This document shows positions 9,428 to 17,981 of a DNA stretch of 60,262 nucleotides, in pieces. This DNA comes from an uncultured Acidobacteriaceae bacterium. GTDB lineage: Bacteria; Acidobacteriota; Terriglobia; Terriglobales; Acidobacteriaceae. The stretch is taken from positions 1 to 60,262 of the forward strand of contig CAXUEU010000003.1 of assembly GCA_964250195.1 (NCBI GenBank), read 5' to 3'. How positions within the stretch are numbered: position 1 is the first letter of the stretch; each line of letters starts with the position of its first letter. The notes under the pieces were generated by a model that saw only the letters and a program-made list of their open reading frames with translations, was not told the DNA's origin and ran no database searches. A program made the position numbers and the translations under genes.

Positions 9428-11142
9428 TGCGGCAGCGCTCCGGGGAACACCAGCGGCTTCCCTGCCCCGAACACCGTCGGCGGCGCCTTACGCGGGAGCA
9501 TCGCGTCCCGCATCGCCGTGTCGTAGACGAAGATCGCCTCAACCACCGCGGCCTGCCGCAGGTCGTCCGCGCGCAGCCCTTCGTACACGTCGAAGTTCGA
9601 ATGGTGGCGCTTGGTGTCGTAGTCCAGAGGGTCCTGCACGAACTGGAACCCCGGGATGCCGACCGCGTCGAAGGGCAGGTGGTCCGTCCCGCCCGTGTCC
9701 TGGTTGGTCACGGTCGTCACGCCCAGGTCGCGCAAGGGGGCGATCCACTGCTCGAACACCGGCACGACGGCCGGGTTCGACTGTGTGTAGATGCCCCGGA
9801 TGCGCCCGGACCCATTGTCGACGTTGAAGTACCCGGAGATTTTCGCCCCTTCCGGCTTCAGAACGGGCGGCCCGCTCGGCTCGCGGATGAACTCCGGCAT
9901 GGCGGCATCCCCGCCGAGCGGAACCGTCCCGAGATGCTGCCGGACATAGCCGCTCGAGCCGAAAATGCCTTCCTCCTCGCCCGACCAGAGCCCGATCCGA
10001 ATGGTCCGCCGCGGCTGCACCTCGAGCGCCGTCAAGATGCGCATGACCTCCATCGCCACTACCGAGCCCGCGCCGTTGTCCGCCGCGCCGGTACCGCTCG
10101 CCCAGGAGTCGAGGTGGCCGCCGACCATCACGACCTCGTCCCGAAGGGCTGGGTCGGTCCCCGGGATTTCCGCGATCGTGTCGAAGCCGTGTTCATGGTC
10201 GCCGGTGAACCTGGCCTCGACCTCCGCTTCGAGGGTCACCGGCACATGCGCCGCCAAGAGCCGCGTCACCCGCCCGTAGTCTTCAATCGACGCAACCAGC
10301 AGCGGCACCGGGGTGGCATGCGCGCGCTGGTAGGAGAACCAGGAGAAGTTCGCGTTGGAGTCGTCGAAGATCGTGCCTTCCTGCCCGCCATGGCGGTCCC
10401 CGTCGCGGCTTGGGACAATAACCGCCGCGACGCCCTCGTCACGCAGGAACTGTCCGAGCTTCTCCCGCATCGGCAACACTCGCGTGAAGTAATCCTTGCC
10501 ATCGCTTTGCTTTTCCGGCGGGCCGAGGGGCACATTCCCAAGCTTCGTCAGTGCTTCGTCCGAGTAGCGCTCGACGAGCGCCGCGTCCTCCTCGCCGGCT
10601 GGCCGCGTCTTGCCGAGCAGCACCACCTTGCCCCGCAGTTTGCCTTTGAACGGACCGAGCTGCGTCTCCAATGACGGGGCCTCCTTGCCTCCGTCGACGG
10701 ACATCGTGACGGCCTCACCCCGCGCGGCTCCGGGCTTGCCGTTGTCCCCCACGGTTCCCGGTGACCAGGGCGCGGCCTGCGCGATGAACACCGCGGGCGC
10801 GGGCGCGACCATCCGCAAACGCGAGCCCTCCTGCTCCCAGCCCATGCCGAACTCGCCCCAGTCCTCCAGGTGCGCGCCGGCGCAGCCCATCGCGGTGAGG
10901 GTGTCGCGCGTCCAGGCGTTCGCCTTGGCCATCTGCGGCGAACCCGTCAGACGCGGCCCGATGTCGTCGGCCAGCGCGCTCGCGTACTCCATGACTCGCG
11001 AGTGCTGGAAGCCTTCCTCGCGAATACGCGCATACATCGCGAGATCGACCTTCTCGGGCGCGGCTTGCGCGCGGGCGAAAATTGGCATCACGACCGGTGC
11101 CGCGAGCAGAACTCCCAAAACCACCGCGAACCCAGCCCGCAT
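9424..11142 (-). CDS. Secreted M28-family metallopeptidase (carboxypeptidase Q-like)
   Basis: Signal peptide; DDIGPRLTGS, GGHLDSW, GAADNGAG, WSGEEEG, GTDHLPF. Confidence 0.88.
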   Translation of the reverse strand: MRAGFAVVLGVLLAAPVVMPIFARAQAAPEKVDLAMYARIREEGFQHSRVMEYASALADDIGPRLTGSPQMAKANAWTRDTLTAMGCAGAHLEDWGEFGMGWEQEGSRLRMVAPAPAVFIAQAAPWSPGTVGDNGKPGAARGEAVTMSVDGGKEAPSLETQLGPFKGKLRGKVVLLGKTRPAGEEDAALVERYSDEALTKLGNVPLGPPEKQSDGKDYFTRVLPMREKLGQFLRDEGVAAVIVPSRDGDRHGGQEGTIFDDSNANFSWFSYQRAHATPVPLLVASIEDYGRVTRLLAAHVPVTLEAEVEARFTGDHEHGFDTIAEIPGTDPALRDEVVMVGGHLDSWASGTGAADNGAGSVVAMEVMRILTALEVQPRRTIRIGLWSGEEEGIFGSSGYVRQHLGTVPLGGDAAMPEFIREPSGPPVLKPEGAKISGYFNVDNGSGRIRGIYTQSNPAVVPVFEQWIAPLRDLGVTTVTNQDTGGTDHLPFDAVGIPGFQFVQDPLDYDTKRHHSNFDVYEGLRADDLRQAAVVEAIFVYDTAMRDAMLPRKAPPTVFGAGKPLVFPGALPQ

Positions 11143-11255
11143 GCGCCCTCCCTCGGTTGTGGAGGAGCATAGCAGTCCCGCACGCGAATGCAATGCGGAA
11201 ATTCGCACGGCACGAAGAGCGAATTCCCGAAATGGAACCGGCTCTCCCGTAAGTG

Positions 11256-12200
11256 TCAGAACGACGCGCACACCATCCGCGCGGCCTCGCCTCGGATCGC
11301 CAACCCGTCCGCAATACCGTCCGCCAGCCCGTCGGCACGCCCGGCAAAATAGCGTTCGTTCAGCTCCGCCCGGCCCAGATCCTCCACCCGCGCGAATCCA
11401 CGCAGCTCCGCCCGCAGCGCTTCCGGCATCCACCCGCTCAGGAAAGGCTCACCCGTAGCCGTCGCCCGCGCCTGGAGCGAGTCGAACTGCCGCCGCTCCT
11501 CGTCGGGGAGCGCCTCCGGCGGGAGGCGGTAGTCGAACACGAGCGCGCTGCCCGGCGCGAACCGGCGCACCCGCCTCAAAACCGTCCGCAGCGCCTCCGT
11601 CGGGAGGAACGGCGCGACGCCCAGCATGGCGAACACCGCCGGCCGTCCCGCGTCCATGCCGGGCAGAGGCCATGGAGTTCCCAGAAGGTCGCCCGGGATG
11701 CGTTCGCAACCGCCGGCCTGCAGGCCGGCAGCCCGGAGCAGCTCGCCTTTCCAGCCCCGCACCTCGGGCCGGTCCAGCTCCCACACGCGCAGGTCCGGCC
11801 AGGGGTTGCGCAGAGCGAAGGTGTCGAGGCCGGCACCCAGCAGGCAGTACTGCCGCGTGCCTTGCCCGTAAGCCTCCGCCAGGCGCGCCTCGGCGAACAG
11901 CGACCGCGCCACGACGAACGCCCGCAGCGACCGCGACCACTGCCGACCCTGCGAGGCAGGCGTGCGGCCGAGCGCCTCTCGCCCCGCCGCGCCCAGCAGC
12001 GGGACGGCGAAGGGGTCGTGGAAAACGACCGGCACGTCGTAAAGCTGGTGTCCTGCCCGACGCAGAGCCACCCGCCACGCCGAGTGCGCCGCGTCCGGCA
12101 TGCCGGGCGGTACGGTCAGGCGGCTGCCCTTTTTCGGTTGCGTCACGCCCGTGCGTCCATGGCACAATTCTCCCGCATCTCGCTCCCGCTCAGGAGGCAT
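11256..12200 (-). CDS. Class I SAM-dependent methyltransferase (LCM-like); start uncertain
   Basis: VALRRA, DPFAVPL, RSLFAE, LLGAGLDTFA, WELDRP. Confidence 0.8.
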   Translation of the reverse strand: MPPERERDAGELCHGRTGVTQPKKGSRLTVPPGMPDAAHSAWRVALRRAGHQLYDVPVVFHDPFAVPLLGAAGREALGRTPASQGRQWSRSLRAFVVARSLFAEARLAEAYGQGTRQYCLLGAGLDTFALRNPWPDLRVWELDRPEVRGWKGELLRAAGLQAGGCERIPGDLLGTPWPLPGMDAGRPAVFAMLGVAPFLPTEALRTVLRRVRRFAPGSALVFDYRLPPEALPDEERRQFDSLQARATATGEPFLSGWMPEALRAELRGFARVEDLGRAELNERYFAGRADGLADGIADGLAIRGEAARMVCASF

Positions 12201-12202
12201 CG

Positions 12203-12640
12203 TTGCGCCTGTTCACTCTCATGCTGCTCGCTCCGGCCATCGCGCGGGCGCAGACCACGGGAGCGGGCGCGGGCCGGGGTTTCTGCGCCGATACGCGCAC
12301 ACCCTGCAGGTTCGCGACGGTGACGATCCAGACCGCGCCGCCGCGCCGGGATGGGTCCGGCCCGCAACTGAAGGACAGACCGAGCCACAGTTACGCCGCC
12401 ACCGATCTCGACGGCGCGTACCGCATCGCTGACGTCGCGCCGGGCCAGTACTGCATTATGGGCGAACTCGCGGGCTACGTCTCACATTCCGACCTGGCCG
12501 CGAACGTCGGCGAGGGCGACCCGGCGCCGTTCATCCTTCACGAAACCCTGACTGCTCCCTTGCAGGTGGAAGCGGACCTTGCCGGTCTCACTTACGCGCT
12601 TACTCTCGCGAAGGGCAAAGCCGCTTCACCAATCCGCTAG
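12203..12640 (+). CDS. Secreted protein with carboxypeptidase-regulatory-like domain (possibly truncated)
   Basis: AGGAGG SD, TTG start, signal peptide, ATDLDGAYRIADVAPGQY. Confidence 0.55.
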   Translation: MRLFTLMLLAPAIARAQTTGAGAGRGFCADTRTPCRFATVTIQTAPPRRDGSGPQLKDRPSHSYAATDLDGAYRIADVAPGQYCIMGELAGYVSHSDLAANVGEGDPAPFILHETLTAPLQVEADLAGLTYALTLAKGKAASPIR

Positions 12641-13366
12641 CGACGGGTGCAGGTCAACCGGCGCTTCCACCGCCAGCACTTGCAATCCGAACACCCGCCC
12701 GAAGCTCCGCGCCACCTTGTCCGCCACTTCGCCGAGCGCAACCGGCTCGCCCAGCTCCTCCTCGAGCGAAGTCACCGCGCGGTCCGCGATCCCGCACGGC
12801 ACGATCAGCTCGAAATCCCGCAGATCCGTCGTCACGTTGAGCGCGAAGCCGTGGGAGGTGATCCCGCGCGAAACGTGCACTCCGATGGCGGCCAGCTTCT
12901 TTTCCGGGACCGTCCCGCCCGGCAGCGTCCACACGCCCGTGCGCCCGGCGACGCGGCCTGCGCGCAGCCCGTACTCGCCCGCGACGCGGGTCGGCACCTC
13001 CTCGAGCAGCCGGACAAAGTCGACAACACCCAGGCGTGCGCCGCTCGCGAGGAAATGTTCACGCAAGTCCACGATTGGATAACCCACCAGCTGCCCCGGC
13101 CCGTGATACGTCACATCCCCGCCGCGCCCGGCGGTATGGAGCGCCACCCCTTTTCGCCGCAGTTCCGCATCGCTCGCGAGAATGTTCCCCCGTCCCGCGT
13201 TGCGGCCCAGGGTCAGCACCGGCGGGTGCTCCAGCAGAAGGAGCACATCGCCGATCGCGCCCGCCCGGCGCAGGTCGACCAGGCGCTCCTGCAAGCGAAG
13301 CGCCCGCCCGTACTCCACCCGGCCCAGCTCAAGCAACGTAAGCAGTCCGGGAGTTCGTGCACTCAT
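12626..13366 (-). CDS. lipB: Lipoyl(octanoyl) transferase
   Basis: LLEHPPVLTLG, RGGDVTYHGPGQLVGYP, KLAAIG, HGFALN, IVPCGI. Confidence 0.95.
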   Translation of the reverse strand: MSARTPGLLTLLELGRVEYGRALRLQERLVDLRRAGAIGDVLLLLEHPPVLTLGRNAGRGNILASDAELRRKGVALHTAGRGGDVTYHGPGQLVGYPIVDLREHFLASGARLGVVDFVRLLEEVPTRVAGEYGLRAGRVAGRTGVWTLPGGTVPEKKLAAIGVHVSRGITSHGFALNVTTDLRDFELIVPCGIADRAVTSLEEELGEPVALGEVADKVARSFGRVFGLQVLAVEAPVDLHPSLADW

Positions 13367-13696
13367 CTCTTCAGCTTAGCGCGGTAGGAAAATGCAACTT
13401 CGTCGCCGTTGTAGCTCGCCCAGCTCGGCCCCCAGAAGATCGCCTGCGTGACCGCGGTCTTCATGATCTTGCCGCCGTGGAAGGTCATGTTCGCGCCGGA
13501 GGTGCGCGCCAGGCTCTGCACGTCGCGGCTCGCGCGCGCGTTCGGCTGGAAGTCGCGCGCCCAGTGAATGCCCAGCATCGGCGGCCGGAGGGCTGGTTCA
13601 GGTTCTCGACGCCGAACGGCGTCGCGGCCGAAGGGTCCGCCTGGCCGAAGGCCGCGCTCGCGGCGAAAAAGAAGGGAGGAGCAGGGATGCTTGCAT
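13363..13696 (-). pseudogene. Frameshifted, truncated secreted protein (PHI-1/EXORDIUM-like N-terminal motif)
   Basis: AAGGAG SD plus ATG; three frames give MQASLLLP / FFAASAAFGQAD..LNQPSG / PPMLGIHW..NMTFHGGKIM..AIFWGPSW, then an abrupt end. Confidence 0.5.
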
Positions 13697-13902
13697 CGGG
13701 GGAGATTCTCCTTGCTGGAATACGCCGCCGCATGCATGTGAGCACCGCGAGGCGTGCTCGAAAGGTCGCCCGTTCGGCTCATCTCTATCCATGAAAACCG
13801 CTTGCGGCGGCTGGGGGGAGACCATGCAAGTAGGAATAGATGAAAGCCGGCGCATCTGTAGCCGCGAATCGTTTTCGGCGCGCCGCAGAAAATCACCGAA
13901 GA

Positions 13903-13979
13903 TGGTAGGCACGACTGGATTCGAACCAGCGACCTCTACCGTGTCAAGGTAGCGCTCTAACCAACTGAGCTACGCGCCT
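13903..13979 (-). tRNA. tRNA-Val(GAC)
   Basis: AGGCGCGTAGCTCAGTTGGTTAGAGCG-CTACC-TTGACAC-GGTAG...GGTTCGAATCC...CTACCA; 77 nt with encoded CCA. Confidence 0.97.
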
Positions 13980-14009
13980 GCGTCCTACGCGGCAGGGCTG
14001 CCGCTCATT

Positions 14010-14639
14010 TCAATATACATGCCCTTGGCCGCAAGCGCATCCCTCGCCCCGGCGCGCCGCGCGGCCCTCGCGCACCAGCAGCGGGACCGCCAGCAGTGCG
14101 GCACCTGAGTCGAACCAGGCGATGTGCGAGGCGGCACGTAGCCCAAGCCCAAGCAGCGTCAGCAACGCAAGATAGGCGCAGGTAGCCGACTGCGCCGCGT
14201 CCGCGATCAGAGCGCCATCCCGGATGCGGCGGCCCTCCCGGCGTTTGAGCGTGGCCAGCACCGGCATGATCGCGAGCGCCGCGGCGGCAACAGCCATGCC
14301 CGAGCGGCTCATCTCCGGCTCGATCCTGAAGACCAGTCCGCACGCCGCGATCAGGACCACCATCCCGGCCAGGGCAAACAGCAGCAAGCCCGCCACCCGT
14401 TGAGCTTTTTCCCGGCTGATCCGCCAACGCGGCGTGTACTGGAGAAGGACGACCGAGGCCGAAAGGAGCTCCACGAGACTATCGGAGCCGAACGCCAGCA
14501 ACGCGGGACTGCGGGCCGCGGCTGCTGAGCTGAGCGCAACCGAGCACTCGACGCACATCCACGCAATGGTCAGGCCGCCGAGCCACCAGATACGGCGGCC
14601 GCCTTGCCCTGTCGCGGTTTGGAGCGAGCTTTCCAGCAT
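14010..14639 (-). CDS. Cation efflux-like membrane protein
   Basis: LTIAWMCVE, SPALLAFGSDSLVE, ALIADAAQS, WFDS; about 6 TM. Confidence 0.75.
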   Translation of the reverse strand: MLESSLQTATGQGGRRIWWLGGLTIAWMCVECSVALSSAAAARSPALLAFGSDSLVELLSASVVLLQYTPRWRISREKAQRVAGLLLFALAGMVVLIAACGLVFRIEPEMSRSGMAVAAAALAIMPVLATLKRREGRRIRDGALIADAAQSATCAYLALLTLLGLGLRAASHIAWFDSGAALLAVPLLVREGRAARRGEGCACGQGHVY

Positions 14640-14653
14640 CTACTCTAGAACGT

Positions 14654-14827
14654 ATGCGGGTCTGGACGTATGCCATCTGGTTCGTCGGCGCGGCGGTTTG
14701 GCTGCTGGTCGCGGCTCTTTCCCTCCGCTTCGGCATCCGCAGTAGAACGCTCGGAGCACTGGCCGTCGCGGTCGTCTTCTTCGCGACGGGCATGTTCTTC
14801 GCCAACAACGGCATTCCGCGGCGATGA
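14654..14827 (+). CDS. 57-aa two-TM small membrane protein (below ORF-track cutoff)
   Basis: MRVWTYAIWFVGAAVWLLVAALSLRFGIRSRTLGALAVAVVFFATGMFFANNGIPRR; TACTCT-N7-ATG. Confidence 0.65.
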   Translation: MRVWTYAIWFVGAAVWLLVAALSLRFGIRSRTLGALAVAVVFFATGMFFANNGIPRR

Positions 14828-14847
14828 GATCGACGCCGCGGAAAACC

Positions 14848-15642
14848 TCAGTCATAGCGCTCGAAGATGACCTGCTTCTTCTCCCAACCCATCCCTACCA
14901 GGCGGTCGCGGCTGGCGGAGACCATCTCGTTCAACCCGCAGATGTAGGCGTGGATGTCGAAAGGCTCGCCGGATGCCGCCGAAGCTTCCCCTCCGCCGCC
15001 TGCCATCACCGGGACTTTTTGCTCCGCGCGCGCCGCCACCAGCCTTGCCACATGCTCCTGCACGTAGCCGCGCTCGCCTTTCCACTCGGCCTGCCCGCGG
15101 CTCAGGGTGGCCACGTAATGGAAATTCGGGTGCTTCGCGGCGAGCTGCTCGAAGTAGTCCTGGTAATAGATGTCGGTTTCATAGCGCGTCCCGTAGACAA
15201 GGTAAAAATCCTTGCCCTCGCTGCGGTCCGGGCCGTTCTCCGGAAACAGGTGCTGCGCGAAGCCGCGCATCGGCGCGATGCCCGTACCGGTCGCGATGAA
15301 CACGCCCTCGGTCATGGGCTGGCGCAGCGTAAACAGCCCGTGCGCGCCATGGAACTTGACCGTGTCGCCTTCGTTCAGGTCGCACAGCAGGTTCGAAAAG
15401 AAACCGCCTTCCACGCGGTTCACGCACACGTCGAACATATTCTCGCGCGGAGCCGAGGCAATCGAATAGGCCCGGGTCTGCTGTTTGCCGGTTGCCGGGT
15501 CGTCCGCGACGCAGGACACGAACTGCCCGGCCTTGAACGGGAACGCAGGCAGTTCATCGACGGCGAACTCAAGGTGGTAGCACTGCGCGACATCCGATAG
15601 GAGGATCTTGGTGGCTAGGCGGGCTGTGTGGAGCTGTCTCAA
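14848..15642 (-). CDS. FAD/NAD(P)-binding oxidoreductase (ferredoxin-NADP reductase-like)
   Basis: FKAGQF, RAYSIAS, IATGTGIAP, GYVQ, YICG. Confidence 0.88.
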   Translation of the reverse strand: MRQLHTARLATKILLSDVAQCYHLEFAVDELPAFPFKAGQFVSCVADDPATGKQQTRAYSIASAPRENMFDVCVNRVEGGFFSNLLCDLNEGDTVKFHGAHGLFTLRQPMTEGVFIATGTGIAPMRGFAQHLFPENGPDRSEGKDFYLVYGTRYETDIYYQDYFEQLAAKHPNFHYVATLSRGQAEWKGERGYVQEHVARLVAARAEQKVPVMAGGGGEASAASGEPFDIHAYICGLNEMVSASRDRLVGMGWEKKQVIFERYD

Positions 15643-15688
15643 GGCTGTCTGTCACTCTCGCGGTGGATTTTCTAGGTGAAGCCTTAGT

Positions 15689-16123
15689 TTAACGCGAGCC
15701 GGACTGCCCGGCTCCGAGAAGACGCATCGTCGCCGGGTCTTTTTGTCCGCTGAAGCACCGGCGGAGCGTCGCGGCGAAAGGATCCTCGCCTCCGCTCGCC
15801 TCGGCGAACAAGGTCACCGACGAGTGAAACTTGAGATTGTCCGGATAGGGAAAGACCGCGTCGACCGGCTTGCCCGACTCGTTCACGATTCCGGTCAGCT
15901 CCCGCAGGCGGGGCCCCAGCGCGGGATGCGCGAGGAACGCGCGCGCTTGCTCGACCGAGCCGAGCGCATACCGCTCCGCCATCGCGCTGGTGCCCAGCCC
16001 GCGCAGCTGCGGAAACACGAACCACATCCAGTGGCTGCGCTTGCTGCCGGCGCGGAGCTCGGCCCGGGCCTGCTCCCATATCTGTTCCTGCGCGGACACG
16101 AATCTCGCGAGATCGAACTCCAT
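15689..16123 (-). CDS. DUF1810 family protein
   Basis: FDLARFVSAQ, KRSHWMWFVFPQLRGLG, PDNLKFHSS. Confidence 0.85.
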   Translation of the reverse strand: MEFDLARFVSAQEQIWEQARAELRAGSKRSHWMWFVFPQLRGLGTSAMAERYALGSVEQARAFLAHPALGPRLRELTGIVNESGKPVDAVFPYPDNLKFHSSVTLFAEASGGEDPFAATLRRCFSGQKDPATMRLLGAGQSGSR

Positions 16124-16199
16124 GCACCCTGCGATGCGCCCTGCATGGCGCGCGCATCCTAATGGTGTCGGCAATCCCAGCTCGACTCACGAGGTATGT

Positions 16200-17366
16200 T
16201 TGGCTACAAACCCGGCGGCACCGCTCGACCTGCTCTGCTTCAGCCATCTGCGCTGGCACTTCGTCACGCAAAGGCCGCAGCACCTGCTTACCCGCTGCGC
16301 GCGCGACCGGCGCGTCTTCTATTGGGAAGAGCCGTTCTTCGACGGAGCCGGAGCGGGCTCGGTCGAGGTCCTGCGGGAAGGCGAGAACCTATGGGTCCTT
16401 CGTCCGCACCTGCCGCCCGGCAGCGAGGCACTCGCCGAGGCCGATGCGCTCCAACGAACACTGCTCGCGGGCTTCCTCCGGGAGTTCGCCATCGAGCGCT
16501 ACGTCTGCTGGTTTTACACGCCCATGGCGCTCTGCTTCGCCGCGGAGCTCGCGCCCGAAGCGACGGTGTATGACTGCATGGACGAGCTGAGCGGCTTTCT
16601 CGGCGCGCCTCCGGAGCTGCACGAGCGCGAGCGGCAGCTTTTCGGCCTGGCCGACGCGGTGTTTACCGGCGGCGTCAGCCTGTATGAGAGCAAGCGCGAG
16701 CAGCACGCCAACGTCCACCCCTTCCCCAGCTCCATCGACGTCGCGCACTTCCGCCAGGCAGGCGGCACCGACGAGCCGGAGGACCAGCGCGCCATTCCGC
16801 ACCCGCGCGCGGGCTTCTACGGCGTGCTCGACGAGCGCTTCGACATCGATCTGGTGGGCGAGATCGCGCGTCTGCGGCCCGCGATTCATTTCGTGCTGGT
16901 CGGGCCGGTGGTCAAGATCGATCCGTCTTCGCTGCCCCGTGCCGCCAACCTGCACTATCTCGGCCCGAAATCCTATGCCGAGCTGCCCACCTATCTGGCC
17001 GGCTGGGATGTCGCACTACTGCCTTTCGCCCTGAACGACGCGACCCGCTTCATCTCCCCGACAAAGACCCCGGAGTACCTGGCCGCCGGCAAGCCGGTCG
17101 TTTCCACGCCGATTCGGGATGTGGTCCGCGGCTACGGCGACGAGGGCCTGGTGGCCATTGCCGGCGATGCCCAGGCGTTTGCCGTCGCTCTTGACGCCGC
17201 GCTCGAGCCGCCAGCGCCCGCATGGCGCGAGAAGGTCGAGCGCAAGCTGGCAGCGGGCTCTTGGGACCATGCCTGGGCGGCCATGTGGCGGGAAGTCGAG
17301 CGTGTCCGCAGGCACCCGGCCGACTCGCAAGCCGAGGCCGAGGACGCGCTGCCTCCGCCGGTCTAG
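16200..17366 (+). CDS. GT-B glycosyltransferase
   Basis: CFSHLRWHFVTQRPQHL, YDCMDEL, ISPTKTPEYLAAGKPVVST; GAGG SD plus TTG. Confidence 0.85.
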   Translation: MATNPAAPLDLLCFSHLRWHFVTQRPQHLLTRCARDRRVFYWEEPFFDGAGAGSVEVLREGENLWVLRPHLPPGSEALAEADALQRTLLAGFLREFAIERYVCWFYTPMALCFAAELAPEATVYDCMDELSGFLGAPPELHERERQLFGLADAVFTGGVSLYESKREQHANVHPFPSSIDVAHFRQAGGTDEPEDQRAIPHPRAGFYGVLDERFDIDLVGEIARLRPAIHFVLVGPVVKIDPSSLPRAANLHYLGPKSYAELPTYLAGWDVALLPFALNDATRFISPTKTPEYLAAGKPVVSTPIRDVVRGYGDEGLVAIAGDAQAFAVALDAALEPPAPAWREKVERKLAAGSWDHAWAAMWREVERVRRHPADSQAEAEDALPPPV

Positions 17367-17893
17367 CTCACCTCGTCTACGTCCAGACACCGGAACAACT
17401 CGTCGAGTTCGACATAAATGGGCGTGCCCGCGACCGTCAGCCTACTTGCGGTCGTCCAGCTCGCCCCCTCGAACATCTCGCCTGTGCGCGTTTCCGGGTC
17501 GATGATCCAGATCGCCTGCGCGCCCATGCGCCTGTAGTCGGCCACACGCTTCTTCATCTCCGCATAGGTGTCGTCAGGCGAGAGGATTTCAACGGCCAGC
17601 ACCGGCGCTTTCTCGAGCACGGGCGTTTGCCTGCCGCGTCTCACGAGAACAACGTCCGGGAGGCGAACGCGGGTTTGCGCGACCCGCGTCCGCCACTCAG
17701 TCGCCCCCACGATTCCCCATTCCTGCTCATGGTTGAAGAACCAGGCTCCCAGCCAAATCTGAATTCGCGAATGCTCCCACTGGCCCACGTTCCTCTCCCG
17801 CAGCTCCCCGTCGATGTACTCGCAATCCGGCCGGTAGCTTGTCCGCAGGTACTCTTCCATTGAAACGACTGAACTCTGTGCCGGGGTCGCCAT
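17363..17893 (-). CDS. Uma2 family putative endonuclease
   Basis: SMEEYLRTSYRPDCEYIDG, RLPDV, AVEILSPDD, IWIIDP. Confidence 0.88.
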   Translation of the reverse strand: MATPAQSSVVSMEEYLRTSYRPDCEYIDGELRERNVGQWEHSRIQIWLGAWFFNHEQEWGIVGATEWRTRVAQTRVRLPDVVLVRRGRQTPVLEKAPVLAVEILSPDDTYAEMKKRVADYRRMGAQAIWIIDPETRTGEMFEGASWTTASRLTVAGTPIYVELDELFRCLDVDEVS

Positions 17894-17981
17894 CGCTCGC
17901 TCCACTGCGAGTAGTCTAGCCCCTCTCCCGCCCGTGTAAACCCTGCCTTCCGCCATGCAATTCTGGTGCCTATAATTAGAT

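Noticed and set aside
13800-14010. Integrative element at tRNA-Val
   Set aside because: No integrase and no duplicated tRNA 3' end seen
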